A stretch of DNA of 64,000 bases from a virus, in IMG/VR virus record IMGVR_UViG_3300044625_000894, positions 6,641 to 70,640 of that record; one strand, 5' to 3'. The notes beneath the pieces were generated by a model that saw only the letters and a list, made by a program, of their open reading frames with translations, had not been told where the DNA came from and did not search any database. The stretch's first letter is position 1; each line of letters opens with the position of its first letter. A program made the translations under genes and the position numbers. Below are positions 1 to 9,501 of this stretch, piece by piece.

Positions 1-64
1 TTGATTTTTGTTGGAAGAAAGATCCAGCTAAACTTTATAAGATAAAAACGGAGAATGAATAATT

Positions 65-247
65 ATGTTGAATGTCGAGGTAGAACTTACGGATGGAACA
101 AAACATATTGTTAAAGATGAAGAATCGGATAACTCAATTTTTAAAGAACTTATCAGATACGATACTACCAATCTTTTTATCAAAGACGTTGATAGTTATT
201 ACTTCAGCGCAAAAAGTATTATTAGATTTAAATTCATTGAGGAATAA
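65..247 (+). CDS. hypothetical protein (60 aa)
   Basis: ORF preceded by GGAG; co-oriented with the early cluster. Confidence 0.6.
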   Translation: MLNVEVELTDGTKHIVKDEESDNSIFKELIRYDTTNLFIKDVDSYYFSAKSIIRFKFIEE

Positions 248-251
248 TTTA

Positions 252-575
252 ATGGCTAAGAAAAAACAAAAAAAGGAGATGTATATGGGTGCTTTAGAAC
301 AACAAGAACTATTTGAAGATTTAATTGTTAACAAAGAAGAACAAACGCAAAATGAACCTGAAGTGGTTACAACCATCCCACTTACACATACAGCATTGTC
401 TATTGTTAAAAACCTTAATGGTTCTTACAGTGTTGTAGCTATTAAATTTAATCCAAAAGAACACGTTGTATCTGATGTAATTGAACATATTGAAACCAAT
501 ACCGATTTATTTATCGTTCAAGAACGTCTCAATGTTTTGCTTTTTGATATTCATAATTCGGTAATCGAGGATTAA
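252..575 (+). CDS. hypothetical protein
   Basis: ORF 93..575; likely start ATG 252 (GAGGA upstream) or 285 (AGGAG upstream). Confidence 0.65.
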   Translation: MAKKKQKKEMYMGALEQQELFEDLIVNKEEQTQNEPEVVTTIPLTHTALSIVKNLNGSYSVVAIKFNPKEHVVSDVIEHIETNTDLFIVQERLNVLLFDIHNSVIED

Positions 576-577
576 TC

Positions 578-829
578 ATGGAAAGTATAAATTCATTACG
601 TTTAGTTGTAGATGGCGCAACAGTTCTTGAGTGGCTGTTAGTAGGTTATTTGTTTTATTCAGTTAATCCGAATATTGCTATGGCTTTGTTTCTTACTGTT
701 GGAGTTGGTGTTGTTGCGAAACATCTTCTACACAAAGAAGAAATGCATCTTGAAAAAGAGTTCATCATCAAACTTACAAAACAAATTGATGAAGAGAATG
801 AAAAGCTAGACAACGATAAACAAGACTGA
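578..829 (+). CDS. small membrane protein
   Basis: Two hydrophobic segments followed by a charged tail; GAGG upstream. Confidence 0.65.
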   Translation: MESINSLRLVVDGATVLEWLLVGYLFYSVNPNIAMALFLTVGVGVVAKHLLHKEEMHLEKEFIIKLTKQIDEENEKLDNDKQD

Positions 830-862
830 TATTAATTTTTTGAATAGTGAAAGGAAAAAGAT

Positions 863-1507
863 ATGTCTCTAAAAACAAGCGAATCAATTAAAAATCTATC
901 TAAAGCATTGTTAGTAGCTCAAGCTCAAATGGGTGCGGCGAAGAAAGATGCTAAAAACCCATTCTTTAAATCTACTTATGCCGATCTTCCTACAGTGATG
1001 GAAGTAGTAAAGCTTCCGCTTAACGAAGCCGGTATTGTAGTTCTTCAACCTTCATCTCATCATGATGGTAAAAACTTTATTACTACTACACTTATTCATT
1101 CTGAAACTGGTGAATGGATGCAATCAGAAACTGAAGTGGTATCAGCTAAAGCTAATGACCCTCAAGCATTTGGCGCGGCGCAGACGTATGCTCGCAGGTT
1201 TGGCCTCCAAGCGATGCTTTTCATACCAGCCGAAGACGATGACGGTAATACAGCTTCAGGTCGTGTAGCACCAACTGTTACCGCTAAATCGTATCAAACA
1301 AATAATGCTGTAACTGGTCCTACTGTTACTTTGGAATTAAAAAATAATGTAAATCCTAATGCAGAATTTGATGCCATTGCAAAACCTGTAGCAACTACCA
1401 CTACAGCACCCGCAACTAAATCATCTTTCCGTAAGAATAAACCAGCAGTAGCATCTGCAACTAAAGCAGAAACCCCTACTACTACAACCTCTGATGATTG
1501 GAGCTAA
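863..1507 (+). CDS. erf: Erf-family ssDNA annealing (recombination) protein
   Basis: KDAKNPFFKSTYADL and GAAQTYARRFGL...EDDDG motifs typical of the ERF superfamily; low-complexity C-terminal tail; AAGGA SD. Confidence 0.9.
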   Translation: MSLKTSESIKNLSKALLVAQAQMGAAKKDAKNPFFKSTYADLPTVMEVVKLPLNEAGIVVLQPSSHHDGKNFITTTLIHSETGEWMQSETEVVSAKANDPQAFGAAQTYARRFGLQAMLFIPAEDDDGNTASGRVAPTVTAKSYQTNNAVTGPTVTLELKNNVNPNAEFDAIAKPVATTTTAPATKSSFRKNKPAVASATKAETPTTTTSDDWS

Positions 1508-1508
1508 G

Positions 1509-1919
1509 ATGTCAGAAACACAACAAATTGATACAGAAGTTCAGCAACAAATTGATACTATTGCTGAAAATAATGCAAAACTAAGTCCTGAAGAAATCGC
1601 TGCGAATTTCTTTAGACAGCATTACCCATCATATAAAGTTCTAATTGGTAAGCTCAATAAAAAAGACGCATTACGTCTTGCTGATGCTCTTGTGGGTTGG
1701 CCTTTAGAAGTATCTGATCCAAATTTTTACAGCAAAGATGCAAAACACGCTTTTCTCATTGCAAATCAGCTTCTGGATTGTAAACTGATTATGAGAAGTG
1801 CTGTGGAGCTTGAACTTATGGACAAGGCTCTTGCTGAAAAAAATGCGTCAGAACAAATTGATGCTAATAATGATAACGTAATTGAAGGAGAAATTGATAA
1901 TGGCAAAACTGAAGCGTGA
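1509..1919 (+). CDS. hypothetical protein
   Basis: ORF, ATG 1509 with GGAG upstream, coupled to erf. Confidence 0.7.
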   Translation: MSETQQIDTEVQQQIDTIAENNAKLSPEEIAANFFRQHYPSYKVLIGKLNKKDALRLADALVGWPLEVSDPNFYSKDAKHAFLIANQLLDCKLIMRSAVELELMDKALAEKNASEQIDANNDNVIEGEIDNGKTEA

Positions 1920-2166
1920 AGTAATTGGTTCTTTTCTTAAAGCAAAAGATGATGGCAAAGCTCCATACATTAAATTTAAAAATGCTGCGACCTTTAAACA
2001 AGGCGATATGGTTCGTGTTGAAAATAAAAAGTTTCAACTTAGTTCATTAGAAAATGCAATCAGCGAAGGTAAACTTACCGGAGAGATTGCAGAGAAAGCT
2101 CGTGAACGAATCAACAACATTCCTGATTTTGTTCTTGGTGAATTAGTAATTCTTCGTGAAATTTAA
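1900..2166 (+). CDS. hypothetical protein
   Basis: ATG 1900 preceded by AAGGAG; followed by a terminator. Confidence 0.7.
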   Translation: MAKLKREVIGSFLKAKDDGKAPYIKFKNAATFKQGDMVRVENKKFQLSSLENAISEGKLTGEIAEKARERINNIPDFVLGELVILREI

Positions 2167-2211
2167 TCTCATCTCTCTCCACACTATTTAATTTTACGAA
2201 ACTAAGAACAA

Positions 2212-2249
2212 AGGGGCGCATGAGCTAATACGCTTGTGCGCCTTTTTTT
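2212..2249 (+). terminator. intrinsic terminator
   Basis: GGCGCATGAGC/GCTTGTGCGCC stem followed by a T7 run. Confidence 0.8.
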
Positions 2250-2265
2250 ATTGAAAGGATCAAGC

Positions 2266-4227
2266 ATGAATATGTCGGTTGAACATAAGTATTACAATCT
2301 TAAAGAAACACTTGCTGGTAAACCTAATCTTGTAACGATGGAACAGCTTAGTTCTTTAAACTTAAATCCAAACAAAGACCACTATCTCTCAATCTTTAAA
2401 TATAACGAGGATCAAAAGAGAATCGTTGAAAAGTCTGGATCAATTGCGTCTATCAAAGATGTTGTTACAAACACTTTAGTATGGGATTTTGATTCTGAGA
2501 AAGACATTGAGAAAGCAAGAAAGGACACCGTTGAACTTGGAAGACGACTCGTTGAAGACTATAGTGTTGATCCTGATATTATATATTGCTATACATCTGG
2601 TAACAAAGGATTTCATGTTGTAGTTCCTATCAACAAAGAAATTAATCCCGAACAATTTAAACAAGCTGTTACTGAAGTAGCTAAAGGACTTTCTACATTT
2701 GATCCTTCAGTATCTGATCATGCTCGAATCTTGAGACTTGAACATACTAAGCATCCTAAGAGTGGATTATATAAAATTCCTCTACACATTGCTGAAATAG
2801 ATGAACTTGATGTTGTTCAAATTAAAGAACTATCTAAATCTGATAGAGATGAATCATTAGCAGGATTCAAAGAAGGTACTGCAAGTATGCCTGAAAAATT
2901 ATTTCAGCTTCCTGAAAAGAAGAAAGAACAAACCAAAATCGCTAATGATGACTCAGTACTTGCTAATCCACCTAAAGGTTGGAAACCGTACAAGTGGGCA
3001 TTAGCTCAAGGATTGTTTGATAGCGGAGAACGCCATCAAGCACTTATGGTTATCGCAGCGACTTGCAGATCATTAGGCTACGATAAAGAATCAACCTACT
3101 ATATTTGTAAGAGTGCGCTCAAAAAACAATCAGCTCGTACAGGACAAGAGGAATTTTCCAAAGAAGAACTCTGGAATAATATCATCGAGGAATCGGTATT
3201 CTCTGATCGTTGGGAAGGCGGATCGTATAGTCCTCAAAATAATCCGTGGCTTAAATCTTACTGCGAAAAACATGGATATGAAACTGAGGAGAAAGAAGAA
3301 CCACCTACAATTGGTTTAGACTTTCTTACAGATCAATTCACTAATTACGCTACTAACTTTGAACAGAATATTATTAAGACTGGCATCAAAGGATTAGATG
3401 AGAATGTGATTTTCAGTACGTCTACGCTTAATGGTATCTTAGGACAACCTGGCTCTGGTAAGACTACGATGGCACTAAATTACCTTCGTAATACATCACT
3501 TGCTGGTATTCCATCTATGTTCTTTAGTTTGGATATGGGTGCGCCTCTTGTGTATGCAAAGCTCGTACAGAAAGCTACCGGATATACATTTAAGAAAGCA
3601 CTTGAACTCTATCGTACTAATCCAAAGGAACGTGAAAGAATCAGTGCTGTAATTAAGACTGAGTACAAGAACGTAGGATTTAACTTCAAGGCAGGACTTA
3701 CCGTTACTGATATGCTTAATGCAATCAATAAACAAACTGAGCAGACTGGTATTAAACCTAAGCTCATTGTAATTGATTACCTTGAGAACATTGCAGGACC
3801 GTATAGTGACGCTACCGCGAATGCTGGTCTTATTGCTAACCAGTTAAAAGACTTAGCTAACGAGACAGAAACTTGTGTAACACTTCTCCTTCAAACTCAG
3901 AAGCACTCTACACCGGATGTATCTGATCCTCTCTTGTCTATGAAGCAGATCAAAGGTTCTAGCGTTATCGAACAGGCTTGCTCTACTGTATTAACTCTAT
4001 GGCGAGAAGGCTACAGCCCGAACACCGTAGAAGATGATAAGTATATTTCATTTGCTATTGTTAAGAATCGCTTTGGCTCTCTGTGGCAAGGTGACTTCTC
4101 TTGGGAACCGATTCGTGGTGATATTAAATCCCTCTCTGATGAGCAGTATGAAGAACTGCATGACTTTAGAAAGAGAAAGAAAGAGCAAAAGCAGAAGGAA
4201 TCTCAGGAGAATTCAAGCTGGCAATAA
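2266..4227 (+). CDS. AEP primase-polymerase / SF4 (DnaB-like) helicase fusion
   Basis: N-terminal AEP motifs WDFD and SGNKGFHV; C-terminal Walker A GQPGSGKT, Walker B LIVIDY and KNRFG; likely start ATG 2266 after AAGGA. Confidence 0.88.
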   Translation: MNMSVEHKYYNLKETLAGKPNLVTMEQLSSLNLNPNKDHYLSIFKYNEDQKRIVEKSGSIASIKDVVTNTLVWDFDSEKDIEKARKDTVELGRRLVEDYSVDPDIIYCYTSGNKGFHVVVPINKEINPEQFKQAVTEVAKGLSTFDPSVSDHARILRLEHTKHPKSGLYKIPLHIAEIDELDVVQIKELSKSDRDESLAGFKEGTASMPEKLFQLPEKKKEQTKIANDDSVLANPPKGWKPYKWALAQGLFDSGERHQALMVIAATCRSLGYDKESTYYICKSALKKQSARTGQEEFSKEELWNNIIEESVFSDRWEGGSYSPQNNPWLKSYCEKHGYETEEKEEPPTIGLDFLTDQFTNYATNFEQNIIKTGIKGLDENVIFSTSTLNGILGQPGSGKTTMALNYLRNTSLAGIPSMFFSLDMGAPLVYAKLVQKATGYTFKKALELYRTNPKERERISAVIKTEYKNVGFNFKAGLTVTDMLNAINKQTEQTGIKPKLIVIDYLENIAGPYSDATANAGLIANQLKDLANETETCVTLLLQTQKHSTPDVSDPLLSMKQIKGSSVIEQACSTVLTLWREGYSPNTVEDDKYISFAIVKNRFGSLWQGDFSWEPIRGDIKSLSDEQYEELHDFRKRKKEQKQKESQENSSWQ

Positions 4228-4228
4228 T

Positions 4229-4238
4229 TTAACAACTA
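4229..4238 (+). promoter_or_regulatory. TTAACAACTA motif (putative phage late promoter), only + strand copy found
   Basis: 1 nt after the helicase stop, 20 nt before ATG 4259. Confidence 0.55.
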
Positions 4239-4258
4239 TATGGCAGGAGGGAAATACT

Positions 4259-4570
4259 ATGAGTAATCGAGTATTTGAAAACTTTGCCGGAGAGTTCGTT
4301 GTTATCCTTTTAAATAAGGATACAAGACAAACTGTGGAAATGGAAGGTCGCTTACAGATAGTCCATTCTCCTGCCATTATAGAAGGTTATCTTATTGATG
4401 AAGACGATGAATACTATTACATCGGTCACTCTCCTAAATCATTCAATCAGGTCATAAATAAACGGTATATAGTTCACATGGAACTTGGTTCAGAGAACAG
4501 TTCCAACAAAACTAACACATACTTAAACGATCTAGTTCCTACCCCAGATGAAGAAACCGGATACAATTAA
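4259..4570 (+). CDS. hypothetical protein, possible Sm/LSm-like fold
   Basis: GGAGG SD; GEFVVILL...IEGYLIDEDDEYYYIG...INKRYIVHME pattern resembles Sm1/Sm2. Confidence 0.55.
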   Translation: MSNRVFENFAGEFVVILLNKDTRQTVEMEGRLQIVHSPAIIEGYLIDEDDEYYYIGHSPKSFNQVINKRYIVHMELGSENSSNKTNTYLNDLVPTPDEETGYN

Positions 4571-4871
4571 AAAACGGCTAGCAACGCTAGAATCGTGTTT
4601 GATTGTTTGGTATCGTCCAGCGTTTCTACATATCACCGAGCCCGATGAAGATAATGACATTCAGCTTATTATCGCTTCAAAACTTTTCAATAACAAATCA
4701 GTAGAATTAAGAATTCAAATGGTCATGAAAACAATAGGACTTTATTGTGATGATTTATTTGAAGATAGATTGATTATTGTTCAAGCATACACTCCTGACG
4801 AAATGGATGATGTCTTAGAATATGTTTTTAATGATGATGACGACAATAACTCGGAAACAAAGGAGAAGTAG
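4548..4871 (+). CDS. BolA-like or degenerate minimal nucleotidyltransferase-like protein
   Basis: DIQLIIASKLFNNKSVELRIQMV...AYTPDE resembles the S-x-x-F...R...TPxE pattern. Confidence 0.45.
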   Translation: MKKPDTIKKRLATLESCLIVWYRPAFLHITEPDEDNDIQLIIASKLFNNKSVELRIQMVMKTIGLYCDDLFEDRLIIVQAYTPDEMDDVLEYVFNDDDDNNSETKEK

Positions 4872-4872
4872 C

Positions 4873-5067
4873 GTGAAAGAAGGCGATATTGTTGCTGTGC
4901 TTGGAAAACTAGATAATAGAATCATTGAACGCAAAAAAGATCAGTTGACTTTTGGTACGCTGTTCACTTTCTTGACCGACGATATGGTATGTGTTATCAT
5001 CTATGATAATGAACTGTGGATTGGACCAAGAAGACAAATCGCACCAGCAAGAGAACAACGTACATAA
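4873..5067 (+). CDS. hypothetical protein (64 aa)
   Basis: GTG start at 4873 with AGGAG SD. Confidence 0.55.
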   Translation: MKEGDIVAVLGKLDNRIIERKKDQLTFGTLFTFLTDDMVCVIIYDNELWIGPRRQIAPAREQRT

Positions 5068-7213
5068 ATTGATTTATGGTAAAAGCGGTTTAAATCGTAT
5101 CGTTGGATTTGAAGTCAACGGTACTGAAGCCGACATTTACATTCAAGATGAATCATTAGAAAAAGTAATCAAGTACACTAGACCGAACAAGTACTGGTTA
5201 TTAGCTTCACAACCTTTAGATAAAAAATTTGCCCGTCTTCATGGTGATCTCCATTACAAATGGGGAAGACAATTCAACGATAAAAACGAACTATTTAAAT
5301 TCCGTAATATTTATAAGAACGAAGATACATACTCTCTTTACAACTCAGAAGAAGCACTGATGGTAAAAGATGGCTACTCGTTCTTTCAAGGAATGAAGCA
5401 CGGTGAAATCTCCGTTCTCTCCTTCGATATTGAAACTACTACCATGTATCCTACTAATGATGAGTCATTAGTAATTCTAATAAGTTCGACCTATAGAGAT
5501 TCAAAAGGACTAATAACCAGAAAGCTATTTTCATTCGACGAGTATACTACTCAGTACGATATGATTAACGCTTTCTCTCAGTATGTCGTGGCTTGTGACC
5601 CATCTATTATCTGCGGTCATAATATCTTCGGATTCGACTTGCCGTATTTACGAGACATTGTTGAGCGTGAAGGTGGTAGCCTTAACTGGGGTAGAGAAGG
5701 TAATGCTGTAACCTTTAATCAGAATGAATCTAAATTCCGTAAAGATGGAAGTCAGTTCTACCACTACCATAAAGCTCACTGTTACGGTCGCACATTCTGC
5801 GATACCATGTTTCTGTCCATCAAGTACGATGTAGCAAGACAGTATGAATCCTACGGACTGAAAGCGATTATCAAGCACGAAGGTCTTGAAGTAAAAGACC
5901 GTCAGTTTTATGACGCATCAAAGATTCGATTCAACTACACTGATGCATACGAACTATCCCTAATTAAAACCTATGCCATTCACGATGCCGACGATGCGCT
6001 AGCATTGTATGATCTTATGATCCCATCGTATTTCTACATGGCGCAATCAATCCCTAAAACATTTGAAGAAATTCTCCTTGGTGCAACAGGATCGCAGATT
6101 AACTCTATGATGTGTAGAGCGTATCTTCAGGACGGTCATTCGCTTCCTAAGGCCGATGAAGCTGTTGAGTATGAAGGAGCTATCTCTGAAGGAAATCCGG
6201 GAATCTATCGTAATGTCCATAAGGTAGACGTTGCATCCCTGTATCCTTCGATCATGATTGAATATGAAGTTTATGATGTAGACAAAGACCCAAAGGCTCA
6301 CTTCTTGAATCTAGTTAAAACATTCACGAAGCTTCGTCTTGATTACAAAAAACTAGCTAAAGAAAGTAAATACTACGATGATTTACAAGGTGCTTTTAAA
6401 ATTCTTATCAATTCCTGCTACGGTTTTCTCGGTACTGCAGGACTTAACTTTAACTGTCCGGAGGCTGCCGCCTTTATCACTAATACTGGACGTAATATTC
6501 TCACGCAATCTATCAATTGGGCGAAAGATAAAGGGTTTACTATTGTTAACTGTGATACTGATTCGATTAGCTATACTGCACATGAAAATTTTGCGTGGTC
6601 AGAGGACGTTAAACAAAATCTTATTAAAGACCTAAACTCTAATTATCCTACAACCATCAGATTTGAGGATGATGGGTTCTATGACACCTTCATTGTATTT
6701 AAAGCAAAGAACTATGTCATGTACGACAAGGCTAAAAACAAGTTAAAGACTAAAGGTTCTGCTCTTAAAGACGCTAAGAAAGAAATCGCTTTAAAGACTA
6801 TGCAATCTGAAATGATTTGGTCGATCATCAAGAATGAACCGCAAGATAATCTTGTTAATATTTATCATCGGTATGTAAAGATCATTCGTGACGGGATTAA
6901 AAAAGAAAACATTAAGGATTGGTGTTCCAAGAAGACGCTCACCGAAAAGATTTGGTCATCAGAGCGTACTAATGAATCTAAAGTTAAAGATGCAATCCAA
7001 GGTACTGAATATAAAGAATCGGATAAGATTTGGACGTACTTTAAAACTGATGGATCGTTAGGTTTAATGGAGAACTATAACTACGATTACGACCATTCCA
7101 AGATGTATGAGAAAGTGTTTAAAAGTATTAACATTTTCGAGAATGTCTTACCTGAAGATTTATTCATCAATTATAAGCTCAAAAAAAATGTTGACAAGAT
7201 TTCACAACTATAG
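4991..7213 (+). CDS. family B DNA polymerase with 3'-5' exonuclease
   Basis: ExoI SFDIETT, ExoII GHNIFGFDLPYL, motif A DVASLYPS, motif B KILINSCYG, motif C DTDS; start uncertain. Confidence 0.95.
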   Translation: MLSSMIMNCGLDQEDKSHQQENNVHKLIYGKSGLNRIVGFEVNGTEADIYIQDESLEKVIKYTRPNKYWLLASQPLDKKFARLHGDLHYKWGRQFNDKNELFKFRNIYKNEDTYSLYNSEEALMVKDGYSFFQGMKHGEISVLSFDIETTTMYPTNDESLVILISSTYRDSKGLITRKLFSFDEYTTQYDMINAFSQYVVACDPSIICGHNIFGFDLPYLRDIVEREGGSLNWGREGNAVTFNQNESKFRKDGSQFYHYHKAHCYGRTFCDTMFLSIKYDVARQYESYGLKAIIKHEGLEVKDRQFYDASKIRFNYTDAYELSLIKTYAIHDADDALALYDLMIPSYFYMAQSIPKTFEEILLGATGSQINSMMCRAYLQDGHSLPKADEAVEYEGAISEGNPGIYRNVHKVDVASLYPSIMIEYEVYDVDKDPKAHFLNLVKTFTKLRLDYKKLAKESKYYDDLQGAFKILINSCYGFLGTAGLNFNCPEAAAFITNTGRNILTQSINWAKDKGFTIVNCDTDSISYTAHENFAWSEDVKQNLIKDLNSNYPTTIRFEDDGFYDTFIVFKAKNYVMYDKAKNKLKTKGSALKDAKKEIALKTMQSEMIWSIIKNEPQDNLVNIYHRYVKIIRDGIKKENIKDWCSKKTLTEKIWSSERTNESKVKDAIQGTEYKESDKIWTYFKTDGSLGLMENYNYDYDHSKMYEKVFKSINIFENVLPEDLFINYKLKKNVDKISQL

Positions 7214-7231
7214 TGCTATACTGTACTAATA

Positions 7232-7465
7232 GTGATGACTAAAGTTATTGATCTAAACGCCAGAAAAAATAAAAAGAAGTACAAACGGTATGTAGAAGAT
7301 ATTGATCAAATATTACACATACTTACTACTACTCAACAAGCTCTTTCCTTTTTCAAGCAGTACACCTCTACGCAAGAAATCATCTCGGTCATCGAAACCA
7401 ATAAGACGTTTTTGGAACTCAGTAGGAAGAAATATGAAAAAGAGCTTTCAAAAATTGAGGAGTAA
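7232..7465 (+). CDS. hypothetical protein
   Basis: ORF between the polymerase and the HExxH gene. Confidence 0.6.
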   Translation: MMTKVIDLNARKNKKKYKRYVEDIDQILHILTTTQQALSFFKQYTSTQEIISVIETNKTFLELSRKKYEKELSKIEE

Positions 7466-7787
7466 CATTCCTTCGCGGATTGAACTTAGTCGCAAATATA
7501 AGTTCGATGTTGTGTTTTGTGAGGATGTTGGTAAGTCTAAGAACGGTAGACCTCACTACGGTCAGACTAAGTTTGATCCAAAAGTAATTGAAATTAATAA
7601 GTATTTAGAGGACGAAGCGACAGTAAAGACTTACTGGCATGAGTTCATTCATACGTTCAGGTTGTATAAGGATATGCACCTAAGCGAAAAACAAGTGAAG
7701 GCATTTGAAAATAAATTTGACATATTTTATCAATTTTTCTTGACATTACATGAGGGAAATGGTAAGGTAAATGACGAGGAAACATGA
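7434..7787 (+). CDS. small zincin-like (HExxH) protein
   Basis: TYWHEFIH motif preceded by YGQT...IEIN strands; AGGA before ATG 7434. Confidence 0.6.
   Translation: MKKSFQKLRSNIPSRIELSRKYKFDVVFCEDVGKSKNGRPHYGQTKFDPKVIEINKYLEDEATVKTYWHEFIHTFRLYKDMHLSEKQVKAFENKFDIFYQFFLTLHEGNGKVNDEET
7740..7768 (+). promoter_or_regulatory. sigma70-type promoter
   Basis: TTGACA (7740-7745), 17-nt spacer ending TGG, TAAGGT (7763-7768), 15 nt before the exonuclease ATG. Confidence 0.55.
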
Positions 7788-8569
7788 TGTTTAAAAATAA
7801 CGGACCAAAAGTTTTACTATTAGATATTGAAACCAGTCCGATAATTGCTTCGGTTTGGGGTATTTGGAATCAGGATGTTCCGCTCAATATGATTGAGAAA
7901 GACTGGTCTGTTCTTTCTTATTCCGCTAAATTATTGGGTGACAAGAAAATGTACTACGACGATGTTCGTGGACAAAAAGACATTAACGACGACAGCAAAC
8001 TCTTAAAAGGAATTTGGAAGTTGCTGGATGAAGCTGATGTAATTGTCACCCAAAACGGAAAGAAGTTTGACATTAAAAAACTTAATGCCAGATTTATTAT
8101 CAATGGGATGCAACCTCCGTCATCGTTTAAACACATTGACACCAAACAGATTGCATCCAAGAACTTTGCATTCACCTCCAACAAACTTGAGTACATGGCA
8201 CAGAAGCTAGGACTGAAACAACAAAAGTCTAAGCATAAAAAGTTTTCAGGATTTGAACTCTGGAGACAATGCCTTGCTAATAATCTCGATGCTTGGAAAG
8301 AGATGGAGCATTACAATAAACAAGATGTCTTAACACTTGAAGAATTGTATCTCAAACTTCGTGGCTGGGATAATCAAGGTGTTAACTTCAATGTTTATGT
8401 TGATGATGCTAATCCATGTTGTGGTACTTGTGGAAATACTAAGCTAATGAAAAAAGGCTATCAAGTATCTAAGACCGGTAGATTTCAACGATACATTTGT
8501 CGTGAATGCGGTTCTCAATTTAGAGGACGTAAGAATCTAAATAAAAATATATCAATCGTTAATATATAA
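7784..8569 (+). CDS. DnaQ/RNase H-like exonuclease with C-terminal Zn ribbon
   Basis: LDIETSP, QNGKKFD and YNKQDV (DEDD-type) motifs; CGTCG...CRECG. Confidence 0.85.
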   Translation: MMFKNNGPKVLLLDIETSPIIASVWGIWNQDVPLNMIEKDWSVLSYSAKLLGDKKMYYDDVRGQKDINDDSKLLKGIWKLLDEADVIVTQNGKKFDIKKLNARFIINGMQPPSSFKHIDTKQIASKNFAFTSNKLEYMAQKLGLKQQKSKHKKFSGFELWRQCLANNLDAWKEMEHYNKQDVLTLEELYLKLRGWDNQGVNFNVYVDDANPCCGTCGNTKLMKKGYQVSKTGRFQRYICRECGSQFRGRKNLNKNISIVNI

Positions 8570-8584
8570 AATGAAAGGAACACT

Positions 8585-8740
8585 ATGAGACACACAATTA
8601 AAACCGAACTTCTTCAGAAAGTAATGGCTTATTTATCTTCTCGTCCATTCGCAGAAGTTAACACTCTTATTTCTGACGTTATTGCTGATGCAAAACCGGT
8701 TAAAGAAGAAAAGACAGATGTCAAAAAAGAAGAAATTTAA
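8585..8740 (+). CDS. small hypothetical protein (51 aa, not in the ORF track)
   Basis: MRHTIKTELLQKVMAYLSSRPFAEVNTLI...; AAAGGA SD; fills the gap between neighbouring genes. Confidence 0.7.
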   Translation: MRHTIKTELLQKVMAYLSSRPFAEVNTLISDVIADAKPVKEEKTDVKKEEI

Positions 8741-9095
8741 TTATAAATCGAAAGTAATTTCGGCCTGTAGAAGATTGTGGCTATATTCTCCTATTCGCCG
8801 CGAAGTTATAAACCGTTGCAAGACTAATGATGGATATTTCCGTTGTGAAAATTGTAACGGTTTAACTGATAAAGTTCAGGTTGACCATACAGAACCTGCA
8901 GTACCAATTACCGGATGGGATAATTGGGATGGGTTCATTGTTAGACTATTCACTGAAGCTGAAAACATGAAAGGTATCTGCGAAAGGTGCCACAATAAAA
9001 AAACTCTCTCTGAACAGAAAGTTCGTAAAGAGAATCGCGCCAAGAAACAGCCTAAGAAAAAATCCAAGGACACGGACACGGATGAAAACGAATAA
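8718..9095 (+). CDS. HNH endonuclease-like protein
   Basis: CENC...VQVDH...N...CERCHNKKT. Confidence 0.8.
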   Translation: MSKKKKFNYKSKVISACRRLWLYSPIRREVINRCKTNDGYFRCENCNGLTDKVQVDHTEPAVPITGWDNWDGFIVRLFTEAENMKGICERCHNKKTLSEQKVRKENRAKKQPKKKSKDTDTDENE

Positions 9096-9501
9096 GACGA
9101 TTCCTGTTATATGTTTTATAATTGGCGGAGTAACTGCATATTACGCAATGCCTAAACGTGTAGAAACTAAAACTGTGACTGTTGAAGTTCAGAATAAAAA
9201 ATCTGAGCAAGATACGGTCATTGTTGAAAAGACTAATAAAGATGGAACTAAAACTAAAACCACTACCATTAAGACCAAGACGGAAACTCAAAATAAGAAA
9301 GACAATCAGAAAGAAAGTAATACAGTTACTTCTAAACCTGAATATCATATAAGCCTCATGGGAGGGGTTGATATTAATAACTTGTCTAACCCATTCATTA
9401 TTGGAGTTCACGCTCAAAAGCAATTCATTGGTCCGTTTAGTCTTGGTATCTTTGGTTTTACAAATAAAACCGCTGGAGTGAGCGTAGGCATACAATTTTA
9501 A
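9082..9501 (+). CDS. N-anchored envelope protein with C-terminal amphipathic beta strands
   Basis: N-terminal hydrophobic helix, T/K-rich linker, terminal GVSVGIQF. Confidence 0.6.
   Translation: MKTNKTIPVICFIIGGVTAYYAMPKRVETKTVTVEVQNKKSEQDTVIVEKTNKDGTKTKTTTIKTKTETQNKKDNQKESNTVTSKPEYHISLMGGVDINNLSNPFIIGVHAQKQFIGPFSLGIFGFTNKTAGVSVGIQF

Noticed and set aside
7191-7222. TTGACA...TATACT sigma70 promoter at the end of the polymerase gene
   Set aside because: Spacer is 20 nt; only the extended -10 fits, so not called
9052-9495. 147-aa antisense ORF and other short opposite-strand ORFs in the track
   Set aside because: Shadows of well-supported genes on the other strand, without SD or motifs
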